Source of the DNA: Gnetum montanum
Taxonomy: Eukaryota; Plantae; Gnetophyta
DNA: 64,000 nt
Direction of reading: 5' to 3'
Assembly: GCA_015680685.1 (NCBI GenBank)
Contig: MNCI01002485.1
Location: 398,125 to 462,124 of the forward strand
Part shown: positions 11,740 through 24,400 of the stretch, in pieces
Layout: every line of letters starts with the position of its first letter
How positions within the stretch are numbered: the stretch's first letter is position 1
Notes under the pieces: generated by a model
The model's database searches: none
The model's input: only the letters and a program-made list of their open reading frames with translations
What the model was told of the DNA's origin: nothing
Translations under genes and position numbers: made by a program

Positions 11740-14700
11740 TAGAAAGTGTAAGGAAATTACTTCCTCATATCTACCTTAATTTCCCATGTTGCTTCTTGAC
11801 TTCCATGTCATTTCCATAGAATTTTCACCATAGAAATTACTTTACTCCATAGTTATCTTTCTTTTCTATCTATGATTCTAATGGGGTATTCTTGGTAAGT
11901 AATATTTGTTTGTAGGTCAATTTCTTCCCATTGTATAATATGTATTTCAGCTAGAATATACTTCTTTGAAAGAAATACATGGAAGACATAATGGATTCCT
12001 CCTAAACTTGGTGGTAAAGCTAATTGATATGCTACTTTTCCAATTGTCTTGACTATTTTAAATGGGCCTACATATCTTGAATCCAATTTATCCTTCTATC
12101 CTAATCTCACTAGTTCTTTCATTGGAGATGCCTTTAAGAAGATGTAATCACCAACTTAAAATTCAAGTGGTCTCTTTCTTAAGTTATCTTACTTGCTGTA
12201 TCTATCCTAAGAAGCCTTAACATACTTATGGATTATGCAAACCTACTCTGTGGTTTGATTAATCAAGTTAGTTCTTAAATGTATTCCATCTTCTATGATA
12301 GTCTAACAAATAGATGATCAACATGATCTACCATAAAGTATCTTATAAGGAATAGCTTTAATAATTTCCTAATAACCATTGTTATATGCAAATTCTACCA
12401 AATGCAATATTTCATTCCACTCTTCCTTATACTAAAGTGTACAAGCCTAGAGCATATCTTCCAAAATTTGATTTATGTGCTTTGTTTTCTCATCTATTTG
12501 AGGATGATGAGCAGAACTTATGTTTAATTTAGTACCTATATTTGCCTAAAATACTTGTTAAAATATCGAGGTAAACTTAGGATCTCTAGCAAATATTATT
12601 TTGACTAGAATCCCATGTAATCTAACAATCTTCTTAATAAATAACATAGCAATATCCTTAGTAGTTTCAATAAAATGAGTAGCAAGAAAATGAGAATGTT
12701 TTGTTAGCAAATCTACCACTATTGTTATAGCTTCATGTTTCCTTCTTGTCTTTGGAAATCCTAAAATTAAGTCCATGCTAATAACCTCCCATTTCCATTA
12801 AGGTATATCATGAACATGAAATAATCCTCTTGGTTTTTGATGTTCTTCCTTAACTTGTTGACAAATTAAACATTTAAAAATAAATTCACCTATCTTCTGC
12901 TTCATCTTAGACAAACAATATTATATTTTTAAGATTTAAAATGTTTCATTACCTCTAGAATGCATTTGATATCTAAAAATATGATCATCTTCCAATAGTT
13001 TCTACCTTACCACTTTGGTCACATTTAATCTGCCTTTAATTCTTAACTCATCCATTTCTTCTTTTTGTAAGTAATCAAAAGAAATTTGACCTAATTTTTG
13101 AAACTTTTCTTGATACCAAGCATTTGAATTTTTTTCTTCAATAATATAATTCATTGAATGTAATTACATAACTAAAATATTCACCGTACCCATCTTTCTG
13201 CTAAATACATCTACTACTACATTTGCCTTTCTTGAATGATACTTAATATCAACATCAAAATCTACAAGTAGTTCAATCCATCTTCTTTGTCTTAAATTTA
13301 ATTGTAGTTAGGTCATAAGATATTGTAGGATCTTATGGTCTATCCAAAAAATTAGATTCTCCACAAAAAAATAGTCTTCATATATTTAGTGAAAAAATAA
13401 TAGCTACTAACACCAAATCATGCACAAGATATCTATCTTCATGATTCTTTAATTGTCAAGAAGGATAACCAACAACATGTTCTTCTTGGATGAGGATGCA
13501 TTGTAATCCTTCATTTGAAGTATCAGTATACATATCTAATATTTTTCTTGGAGTTGGTGATACTAAAATAGGAGTTGATGTGAGCTATTTCTTTAATTCT
13601 AAAAATGCATACTCACATTTCTCTATTCATTGAAATAATTGATCCTTAATAAGCTGGTTAAAGGGGATGTAATTTTAGAAAAATCCTTAACAAAACTTTG
13701 ATAGTAACTATCTAAACCCAAGAAACTCCTTACTTCTATTATAGTACTAGGTCTTGGCCAATCCCGAATTACTTAAGTCTTTCTTGGATCAACTGCTATC
13801 CCTACCTTTGATACTATATGACCATGAAATTCTACTTTTTTCCAAAATAAGCACTAGGATTGAGGATACTATCATAAATTTATCCAAATAAAGCCTTAAC
13901 ACATTATTCATTAAATGCATAAATATTGCAAGAGCATTCATTAACCCAAATGGTAATACAAGAAATTGATAGTGGTAAACACCTTCTTTCTTACTTCTAA
14001 GTTGTTCATATCCAAACTTTAAATCCATTTTAGAAAATATATCTACATCCCTCAACTAATCAAATAAATCATCTATTCTAGGTAGATGATATTTATTCTT
14101 AATAGTAACTTGGTTCAACCATCTATAATGCATAGCCTTACATTTCCATGTTTCTTTTTCACAAATAACACTAGTGTGCCTCAAGGAAAAACACTAGGGA
14201 AAATATGACCTTTATCTAAAATTTCTTGTATTTGTATTTGACCTCTACTAATTTAACTAGGGACATGTAATATAGTTTCTTAGAAATTTTTTTTTTCCTA
14301 GTTTGAGAGTAATTTCTACCTCTATTTCCTTTTTTTTTTTCTAGCAACTGTGTATTTCTTTTGTAAATACATCCGGAAATTCACTAACTACTAGAATATC
14401 AACTATATCATCCTTCATATTCTCAGATTTGACAACCATAAAATAGTTATGCCATTTCCTAACCATTTTCATGGAATTCTTAGAGGAAACCAAATCAACC
14501 TTAATGGATCTTCCTTCAGCTATAACCAAGACTCTTTATCCATCTCCTAACTCTAATTGTATAGGCTTAGTCTTGTAGTAAATAAACCATCATATTTACT
14601 TAACCAATAAACTCTTAAAATAATATCATATTCTCATAATTCCATAATAAATAAAATCTACATCCCATTCCGTATCCTATTTCTCTAATAGATGCTTCCT

Positions 14701-16009
14701 ACACACATATTCTAATATGTATCCACTGTGTCTCACAACTTGAACATGTAATGAAATTTCTAATATTTTAAATGATAAATTTAGTCTTTTCACTATTTTA
14801 CTATTAATAAAAGAATGACTTTCTCTAGGATCAAAAAGAATAAAGATAGTTTGTACATAGAGCGTACCTTTGGTCTTAACCATAGTGTTAGGTTTCTCCT
14901 TTATATCTCTCTCTAGAATAGCATATATCCAATATTGATTCATAAGTATTCCACCTCTTCCTTGATTATTGTCAATTCCTCAATTTTCCATCCTCAAATT
15001 ATTTCCAATTCCTCCTCTATTTTCTTGGACAACTTTGGGATTTGGAAACATAGATTCCATGCTCCTATTCTACATAATACTCTATTTCTAAAGTGGCTTC
15101 TAGTAGTCCTTTTTAATATTACCAACTTTATAAACATTAGATCTTGGTGGAATCATGAAATTAAATGGTTTAACTAGTCCATTAAATCCCCTAGTTTGTT
15201 TTTGAACTATCCCATTAAATCCTTAAGGTTGTTGTTGAATTGGACCATTCATTCCCCTTGGCTACTTGAATTTTCCTTGATCAGTCCTAGTCATAAATAT
15301 TTTATTCCTTTTTCTTTCTCTTTTAGTTTCATCCTCCATTTTTTCCCTTTCAATAATAATGGCTCTAGCATATTCCTCTTCATAATTATCCAAATCTAAT
15401 GCTACAACTATTGTTCTAATGGAGGGTCTTAATCCCTTAACAAATTTCCTAGTATGGATGGCTTTAGTTTATGATACATAGGGAGCATACTCACGTAGTT
15501 TAGTAAACCTATTAGCATACTTATAAATAGACATAGATACCTAAATAAATTGATTAAATTCATCTTCTTTCTTTTATAGGTAAGCTTTGGAAAGATATCT
15601 ATCTTTGAATACTTCAATGAATTGCTCCCATTCTATCTCTTCATCATTCCAATGTCTAACTCTTTTCTCTACCTCCCACCATCACTCAATTGCATCTTCT
15701 AACCAATATAAGGCTAAAGAGTTCTTTTCTATGATAGTGTAATGCTATATGCAAAATGCTTTTTCTAATCCCTTTAATCATTTTATAACAATAATGGAAT
15801 TTTTTATGCCTAAAAAGGTAGGTGGATTTAGTCTTCTAAAACTATAGATTAATCTCCTTAATCACTTCATTTCTAGAGCACTCATTATGATTGTTTTGAT
15901 TTTGATTTTAAAGAAAGATCAACAACTATTCAAATACTTCATTTGGAGTTGCCTAAGAATTTTGAGAATTTTCTAGTGGGACATCACTAACTGATCTTGT
16001 CACATGCAT
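11740..16009 (-). pseudogene. gag-pol: Degenerate gag-PR-RT-RH-INT-chromodomain polyprotein of G
   Basis: Protease ILFDPRESHSFI; RT FSKMDLKFGYEQL and VLPFGLMNALAIFMHLMN; integrase MDLILGFPKT...IVVDLLTKHSHF; GPY/F motif RYVGPFKI...VAYQLALPP; chromodomain TYQEYPIRIIDRKER...VKILWK...EATWE. Confidence 0.92.
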
Positions 16010-16086
16010 TTTGAACTAAACCGATTTTAGAGAATATAAATCAAACAATGTCTAAAAGAATTTGATACTATCTAAGGAAAAATCCT

Positions 16087-16099
16087 TGTTGTGATACCA
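16087..16099 (-). promoter_or_regulatory. PBS (tRNA-iMet) of G
   Basis: Minus strand TGGTATCACAACA, 4 nt from the LTR end ...GGGATGTTACA (16104). Confidence 0.75.
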
Positions 16100-16103
16100 A
16101 CAC

Positions 16104-16602
16104 TGTAACATCCCTATTCATTATCTATAAAATATCCTATAAATAACTAATAGAGATGCTAGGAATCCCTACGGATCTAGATTTAACCTTGAACTACTAA
16201 CTCAAAGGAAGTGATAAAATAGATAAAAATTATTATTTAAAGTCATAAACAAAATAGAATAATATAGCGTAGCAAAATTTTATATTACTTGCATACATAA
16301 TTAAATCTAATTTATTTAATAAAAAAGATACTTTTGCACAACCACAAAAATATACATGTCTAAAAATTTCATCAATTGTAATATCAAATAGTACACAAAA
16401 TAATGATCCCAATGATACCTATTTTGCCTAGATTGAACATCTAGAAATAAAGATATTCAAGTTTGAATTTTACTAATTAATTAATAAAATTAAAGATAAA
16501 AATTAAATAAAATATTAATATATAATAAATAATATTAAAATTTTCCAAACTTATAGTATTACATGAAATAAAAATTGTTCCTTGTGATCTCATGATCCCC
16601 AT
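16104..16602 (-). repeat. 5' LTR of G, PBS-proximal piece
   Basis: Reverse complement of ~8815-9313; homology resumes at 49530. Confidence 0.85.
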
Positions 16603-16795
16603 TATAACGTCCCATCCCTTGTTAAGGGTGGAAAAATATTGTAAGAGTGTAATTAACCTTCAAATGAAGGGATGCCTTGTTATGAGAAGTTATGATTATT
16701 CATGTATCCCTTGAAAATGGATTTGACCTATGTCATTTAATGTCAGGTTTAGAGGTCATGCCAAGCATAGAATTACAGAACTTGGATTGGCAAGT

Positions 16796-18573
16796 TGAAA
16801 CACCCCCAAATTTCAAGACCCTCTTGCTTCACCAGGTTCTTGAAATTCAGGCAAGGGATTTCCACAAGTTCAACATCATGGCAGTTTGGTAGGAAATGAA
16901 TGCACTAAGTCTAGATTGTTCAGTCCGACAAGTTTTCTACCTCCAGTGTTGACAAGCCCGACGGACTCTCCAGCCTGCCCACCTAAGCAATTCACCCAGT
17001 TGACAGTCTATCCAGAAACCATGCTTGGGATTGTAGGCAGTGTTCAGGATGCAAAAAATAGTTTGGCAAGTTTTCTAGTGAGGAAGTTTGCTATGCTACG
17101 CTACGCTATGTAGCATAGTAGGCCTCAGAAAATAGTTGTCAGGTGACAAAACTATTGCAGGACAAACTGCTATGCTATGGTACGGTACGCAGCGTAGCAA
17201 AGGTAAGACAGAAAGGCCCAACTTACCTATTGATTCCAATTGCACTTAGCAAGCACTCCGGCCTACAAAACTAGTTTCCTTGTTCAACTTCAAGTCCTTG
17301 GCAAAGTTTCTCATTAGAAAGTGGTGGACTGAACAAAAAGCAAGATACGCTGGCTACTACGCTGCGCTACACTACATAGCGTATCACAGCGTAGCAATGA
17401 TTCAAAAGCAGCAATGAGCCTCTCAAATGGAAGTTTAGCAAGTTCACAGATATCTCTTCACAGAAGGAAAAATTTGCAATTGTTAGCATAAATTTGAGCT
17501 CCAAGTAAGCATTTGCAACTTCAACATGGATCATGAATGAATCCAGCTGCTACGCTATGTAGCATAGCGTAGTGTAGAAAAAGATGCATATCAAAACAAG
17601 TATTGCAAAAGTTGTCCTAACATTTAGCGAAGCTTCCAGCACATGCAGTTGACTTTAATGCAAATTTCTTCTTCAAACTAGTGGCTACACTACATTGCAT
17701 AGCACAGCATAGCAGGTAGCCACACTACTTCAGTGTGGCCCATTCATTGTCTGCATTTTTGGCATATTTGATTCTAGCATCTCTAGTTTCGATAGCGTAA
17801 TTACAGCATGACAGGCTCATCAATCAGCTTCGCATGTCCATGTAGCATGGACACATCAGCATCTCGTAGGTCCAGGACACGTGGCATCCAAACTGCATTT
17901 ATCGTGTACTCCTGGCCTTACAAATACCCCGATGAACAACTCTCAAAGGGTTGGAAAAATTTGAGTAGAGTTGGCAAATTTGTTAGGTTGGAAATAATTT
18001 GGCTTGCAGTTGGCAATTTTGGGCAATTTTGAGCATTGTTGGCATTAGTTGGCATTTTAACAATTCACAGCAGTTGGCATTTTTAGCATTAGCACTTGGC
18101 GTTAGCTTTTAGCTTGTTGGCACTTTGTACTATTGGCTCGTAAGCTTGTAATCAAAAACATAGTTGAGGCATTTTGAGCATTCCGGTCATTCCTGGACTC
18201 CTTGTATCCCTCCATCACTGTACCACTTGTTATACATTTTCAAGCAAAGAAAAGAATCAAACCCGTGACTTTGCGGTGGTGCATTTTCTCATCCCAACTA
18301 CTCTATTATTTCTATATTGTCATTACTGTGCGGCATTATTTTCTTTATTATCGCATTTATTAATCATCAGTTAGATTTCACATGTTTCTCTTTTAAAACC
18401 ATGTTTATGAAAGGTTAAGTGACACCGACTAAGTCCCTATCTGATTGACTACACCATTAAGGGCACCCCGTTTCCATTTTTATCCAGCATGGCCCTCACA
18501 TGGATTCAGGGTTAAAACTATTAGCCCGACAATCTCTTGGTTTTTCTAGCCACTCATGTTTTTAGTCGCTATA
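16796..18573 (+). repeat. 5' LTR of E (1778 bp)
   Basis: Direct repeat of 26688-28600. Confidence 0.95.
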
Positions 18574-18579
18574 GTTTTC

Positions 18580-18596
18580 TGGTGCTAGAAGGAGGG
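18580..18596 (+). promoter_or_regulatory. PBS complementary to the tRNA-Asn 3' end (element E)
   Basis: TGGTGCTAGAAGGAGGG versus TGGCGCTAGAAGGAGGG, the reverse complement of plant tRNA-Asn(GUU) ...CCCTCCTTCTAGCGCCA. Confidence 0.85.
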
Positions 18597-18847
18597 CCTT
18601 TTGGTGCCTTTTTTGTGTTTCACAATAGTCTTGCACACGTTCTATACCCTATCACGCACTAGTGTAAACGTGACACCCTTCTGCGATTGTTTACGCATCG
18701 TGTGGTGCAAATCGATTGCTCTGACGATTCCTCTAGAATCTTGCAGGATAGAAAGACTTTGAAAGCTGCTTGACCTCTTTGTTTTCTTTTTTACAAGCCC
18801 TTTTAGCTTTATGAAAATGATTTCCTCAAGCACCGTAGCTACTACCT

Positions 18848-20671
18848 CTAACGTTGAGATCCCCCTCTCGGTTCATTGAATCAGAGGTGTTGAGCAGCTA
18901 CCCAGCCTAGTGCTGGGACCATGCCAATCTCTCAAGACTCAAAATTGAGAACTTGAGGGTTTAGCTCAGCAATATGATGCCCAGAGGTGATCACCATCAC
19001 CTCCTGAGACTTCTTCATTACTGTATTAGTTTATATAAGAAAAAAAGAAAAAGCTTAGATAAAATAAGAAATAGCATAAAAGTAGGAGCAACACTCAAAT
19101 ATGCAAGCAACTCACTATTTAACTTACTAGGTTTACACAGTGATGGGAATGGTAGAAGATCCACCAATACATCTTCAATGATGATCGGCCTAAGGGATTC
19201 TCAATCCCTATCCAACCAACCAAACTCCTTGCATCTGTTGTAGAGCTGGGAGTACTAGGTTGGGTAGGTTTTGTACTCACCCCCGCAATGGCCTATCACG
19301 CCTGTGCACATATTCTTAGTGGAGGAAAACTCCCGTAGCATCATCCGTGCCAAGGCCAATGCATCCGTGTCACCGTGAAGTCCATCCTTATTGATAAAAA
19401 ACCTAGTAACAAAAACACACTGTTAACATTTTCCTAGCGTAGAAATTTTTTCATAGCATAGCAAAATATGTTTATAGAACTCACCCCCTAGCACAATAAA
19501 TGGTTCCTGGTGGGTTTTGGAAACAAGCTCCCATGTGGTGTGAAATAAACAAAGTGTTGTACAAATTGTAGCAATTGTATTCGGGCATTTCCTAGATCCA
19601 AGCCAGATGCCTCAAATTTTTTGAGTGCTGACTGGATCCTTCTCCCTGCCTACTCCTAATTACTCCATCCATCAAAAATCTCAGAATACCGCGATTCATC
19701 CCAAGAAAGAGGGTTTCTATTACTACGGCTGCTACCTCCTCTGACAAGTGTGACCAAATGATCACACTGAAGTGCTGGAGGAGAAATTGCAGGAAGTCGC
19801 GTGTGCCTTCTCGAAACCAAACTGCCTATTGTCCCACACATGCATGGGGTGGAGGAACATTGGCCACTGGTTCACTTAGGCAGCAGAGGATCCCTACAAT
19901 TTCTAGGACAATTAAGATTGTCCTTAGCACCACCTTGCAAAATACAAATGCAAATTTTAACATCATATTCGAGTGGGATTCGCATATAGCGTAGCAAAAT
20001 TAGCAGTTAGTAGATAGCGTAGCATGACTCTCTCCATGCATGTAGTGTAGCAAAAAACATGAAGGCAATAGCGTCGCAAGATTAGCCTAGCATAGCAATA
20101 AAAAACTAAATACAAATCTTTTGACAAGAAAGAATTCAATGCGCCACACTAGTTTCGACAAATCTTCTGCCTAACAAAACGATTTGCATTGTGTCGTAAT
20201 AGACACGTGTTATGCTATCAAATCACATGCATCGTTGAACCTCCTTGGGGGTTTTACGCTATGCTATTCACATGCCAAGTTTCCAAAATTTCCCAAGCTT
20301 CTGTGGCAGGGTAGCCACGGCAATGGCACTCTCGACAACATTGCATGTAACCTTAGTGTAGCATCCATACACTGTCATGGCCGAAACGGCAACAGAAACT
20401 ATGTAATGGATAAAATAACAACAAAAATGATAACAGTAAATGTAGATTGCATAAAAAATGTAGATTTCATAACAAAAATTGCAGAAAAAAATAAGAGAAA
20501 GTAGAAGCAATAGCAGCAACATAGAAAAACAAGGAATAGTGTAGCAACTTACCAGGTCGATGGGGTCTCGTATCGCACTGGAACACATGCCTGCGACACA
20601 TGTCCCAAGGTCTCCTTCACTTTGTCCACCTTGGTGAGTGCTAGGTGTTTGTGTTCCATCCTTGAAGCCAT
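18848..20671 (-). pseudogene. Six-exon antisense gene inside E: Cys-rich N-terminus plus FCP1/NIF-like HAD phosphatase-fold domain with altered catalytic motifs (~398 aa)
   Basis: Exons 20671-20553, 20398-20276, 20170-20114, 19934-19485, 19402-19128, 19020-~18848 are phase-compatible. Exon 4 reads LIVLEIVGILCC...PHACVGQ*AVWFREGTRDFLQFLLQHFSVIIWS...KNLRHLAW...YNLYNTLFISHHMGACFQNPPGT. Start context is AAAATAATGGCT. There are 8 premature stops and no frameshifts. Confidence 0.8.
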
Positions 20672-20805
20672 TATTTTGGTTGCTAATTCTTTCTTGGATG
20701 CTATGCTGAATCACCTTGCTCTTGGTTAGCATAATCTCTCTACGCTCTAGATGAAAGCTCTGCACTGTTACGGTGAAAATGACAAGTTTATCAGGGATAA
20801 ACCCT

Positions 20806-20931
20806 TATTTATAGCCAAAAATAGTGAAAATAAACCTGTCATTTTCTCTCCTCGATTAATGTGAGATGTCCCGTACAGCGTAGCACTCCCCCATAGCGTA
20901 GCAGCACTATTTGCATTATGGTAGGTGGGCC
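20806..20931 (-). promoter_or_regulatory. Putative promoter of the antisense gene (TATA box CTATAAATA 20814-20806; site II-like TGGGCC ~20926-20931)
   Basis: Canonical TATA on the minus strand ~135 bp upstream of the ATG at 20671. Confidence 0.6.
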
Positions 20932-20994
20932 AAACCGAAAAATTTAACCCACTCTAAACTAGTCGTTGGCCTTCATAAAAATAGCTAACTAAAT

Positions 20995-21280
20995 GGTCCA
21001 CAAAGACCTTAAACTATCAACTTTGAACTTTTTCATTCAGACAGTCTGCAAAGACTTTAAACTAGCAAATTTCAATTCACAGCTTTAATCTCATTAACGA
21101 TCCGTAAAGACCTTAAACTAGTAGTTCTAACGTGTGCCTTCAATCTTGTTAGTGGTCCACAAAGACCTTAAACTAATACTTTTAATTAGCAAATTTAACT
21201 CGTTAGCAATCCGCAAAGACCTTAAACTAGCAATTTTATGCTTCTGCATTAAGGTAGTCTACTACGACCTTAAACTGGCA
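20995..21280 (+). repeat. Repeat array 1: 6 copies of ~25-bp GGTCCGCAAAGACCTTAAACTAGCA with variable 23-31 bp spacers
   Basis: Copies start at about 20995, 21043, 21099, 21154, 21208 and 21256. Confidence 0.9.
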
Positions 21281-21423
21281 AGTTACAAATTTTGTATCAT
21301 GCTTTATGATTATTTCAACTATTCACATCTTATTGCTGCTTTACAAATGCTTACTACGCACTATTGCTACAAACAGGTATCCCTTGACTAGGCATTCATC
21401 TCATTGTGGCAATTTGAGCGAGA

Positions 21424-24400
21424 ATGGCAATGCACCATGATCTTTCTTCACCTCTAGCTTTAACAAGTCCACACGGTAAGCTTGCAAGATAACTAAAGCC
21501 TGAGTTAATAGATTGGGGATCATCTGCAGAAAGCACTATAGCATCCTTAGAAACATCCCTAGATAGGCCTAAAAGGCTAGTCCAAACCTTAGATTTAGAG
21601 GCTGGGGATGTAACTGAGGACCCTCTCATTGAGACGCCTGTGACCACATCCAGGGGAAAAATAAAAATGTTAAAGCTTAGCTCCCTCCTAGATTCACAAC
21701 TGCACAAAGATGTCTCCAAAGTACTATAGAATAACATCGAAGTATTTGTGTGGTTTTATAACGACATGTTGGGTTTAGATCCGAGGCTCATACAGCACAA
21801 TATTGTCTTAGATCTGTGAATTAAAGCAATTAAGTAGAAGCCTCGCAAAGTTAAACTAGAGATCACACTAGCCATATGGGATGAAATCACCAAGCTCTAT
21901 CAGGCTGGTTTCATCTGAGTAGTTGACTACACAGAATGGGTGTTAATCATCATTGTAGTTTTTAAGAAAATAGGAGGACTATGTATTTATATAAACTTTC
22001 AAGATCTAAACAAGGCAATGATCAAAGACGATTTTCCACTACCGAGTATCGATCAACTCATTAACACTATGGTTGGTCATGCTCTGCTATCATTTATGGA
22101 TGGTTTCGCTGGCTACAACCAAATTCACATTAACCTAGAGCATCAGTTAAAAACAACCTTCATGATCCCATGGGGAACTTTCTCTTATACTATGATGTCC
22201 TTTAGACTCAAAAATTCTGGGGCAACCTACCAAAGAGCCATGACATACATCTTTAGCGACTACATCTTAGAAACACTAAATGATTATGTGGATTACATAG
22301 CGGTCAAATCTAAAGAGGCCACTAATCATCCCAATGATTTAGATGTAGTTCTCAAGCATTTCCAGATGCATGATTTATGCCTTAACCTAAAAAAGTGTGT
22401 CTTCGGGGTGAGAACTAGATGCATGTTCAGGTTTTTAGTATCAGAGGTGAAATACGAGTAAACCTTGAAAAAGTCAAAGCCATCATTAATCTAGCATCCC
22501 CTACAAACCTTAAAGAATTATGTGGGTTACAAGGTAGAGTACAGTTCATCAGAAGGTTAATAGCAAACTTGACTAACAAGTTACACCCCATGCAACATCT
22601 ACTAAAGAAGGGGGTTAACTTCGAATGGATAATGCAATGCCAACAAGCCTTTGATGATCTGAAGAAAGAGATTTTACACCTCCCAACTGTGTACCCACCA
22701 CAGAGAGATAAGACTTTCTTTATCTACCTTTCCACCTTAGACATGTCTATCATAACACTGTTATGTTAGAGATGAGATGATGGCTTTGACATTTCAGTGT
22801 ATTATCTAAGTCATGCATTGATAGCGCATGAGGAAAGATACAAGGAGGTGGAGAGAAACTTCCTTTCTCTAGTCTTTGCATTAAAAAATGGAGGCATTAT
22901 CTATTTTTTAGCAAGGTTAACATCATTTGCAAGAGCAATGTACTCTGGGCTATCACAAAAAATCTATTAGAAAGTAGCAGGATAGCCCTGTGGAAAGCCA
23001 TAATAGCGGAATTCGATTTGCATTATGTGAGCCAATCGTCAACTAAGGGTTAAGCTATAGCAATGCAACTCATGACCTCACCCATTGACGATTGGGTAAT
23101 CATAGATCCCAAATTACTTGATGAGCATTTTAGCATTATCAACACCAACTCGTCACACCTTGAAGCTACTTTGCGTTTCGACAGCACCTCGACCACGCGA
23201 GGAGGTAGTGTAGCTACCGTCATTATGTTTCCCTCAAGGGAAATACAACCTTTTACTTATCATTTTGTATTCCTTTGTACAAAAAAAGGGAAGAGTACGA
23301 AGGGTTACTCAGGGGCCTCTTAGCAGCCCAAGGATTAAGCATCCAACACCTAGTAATTTGCAGGGATTCACAACTCATTATGAATCAAATCATAGAATTC
23401 TACGCCTACAAAGCTACACACTTGTAGTCCTACTATGACCTAGCAAAAAGTCTACTTAAACAGTTCATGACCATGGATGTTCAACATGTGCCATGCAATG
23501 AAAACACCATAGCAGATGCCCTAGCCACCTTAGCATTAAACATGCCACCACACCTATTCACAAGTTTTCCTACTTCGATTACCAAGTGTATGGAGCCTAT
23601 GACTCAGGTAGTACACGTAGCCTCTATTAGCACTGGGAACACCCAAGAGTGATATGCCAACATTAAAGCCTACCTGCAACATGGCGAGCCCCCAAGAGGA
23701 TTGACATCTACCCAAACAGATGCGATCCACAAGCGTGCTCGGCAATACGTGCTCATGGGAGACAATGCCTTGTGCAAACACTCCTATGATGGGATATTGT
23801 TGGCATGTGTAAAAGAGAAGCAAGCACAGAAGGTTATTAATGAAGTACACGAGGGACTATGTGGCAGACACATAGCACCTAGGGCCATGGCTGCAAAAAT
23901 CATACGCCTAGGGTACTATTGGCCTCACATGGAGTGTGATTGCCTGGCCAAAGTCAAGACTTGTGATATGTGCCAAAGATATGCAAATCTTATACATGTT
24001 TTGCCAATAGAGTTGCATCCAACACAAATCATGTGGCCTTTCCAATGATGGGGACTAGACATCATAGGACCTATCATGCCTAAGTCTTCCATAGGGCATA
24101 GCTTCATCATCACTGCCACTGAGTATTTTAAAAAGTGGATGGAGGCTATTCCCCTGAGGAAAACTACATCCTAGTAGGTTTGCCACTTCATCTTAGACAA
24201 CATTGTGACAAGGTTGGGGCTTCCCATGACTATTGTGACCAATAACGAGCCACAGTTCAGTAGTGCAGAAACCAAAACCTTCTATGGAAATCTTGGCATC
24301 AGGCAGTCATTCTCCTCATCATACTACCCACAAGCAAATGAATAAGTAGAAGCTACAAACAAGTCCATCATCAACTTGCTCAAGAAAATGCTTAACAATG

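Noticed and set aside
19279-19281. Extra splice donor GG|GTGAGT inside exon 5 of the FCP1-like gene
   Set aside because: Read-through gives HCGGEY...QLYNRC, in the position of the family's C-terminal HPFGQ...FY segment, and a well-formed 107-bp intron follows at 19021-19127. It remains a possible alternative.
20268-20765. 165-aa minus-strand ORF as a real membrane protein
   Set aside because: It reads through an AT-rich intron (20399-20552) in a frame different from the phase-consistent spliced model. The hydrophobic stretch is intron sequence.
20995-21280. CRISPR array (repeat-spacer look; also 24914-25310)
   Set aside because: Eukaryotic retrotransposon context, no cas genes, degenerate repeats, and 5-13 bp spacers in array 2. 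Reported as element-internal arrays instead.
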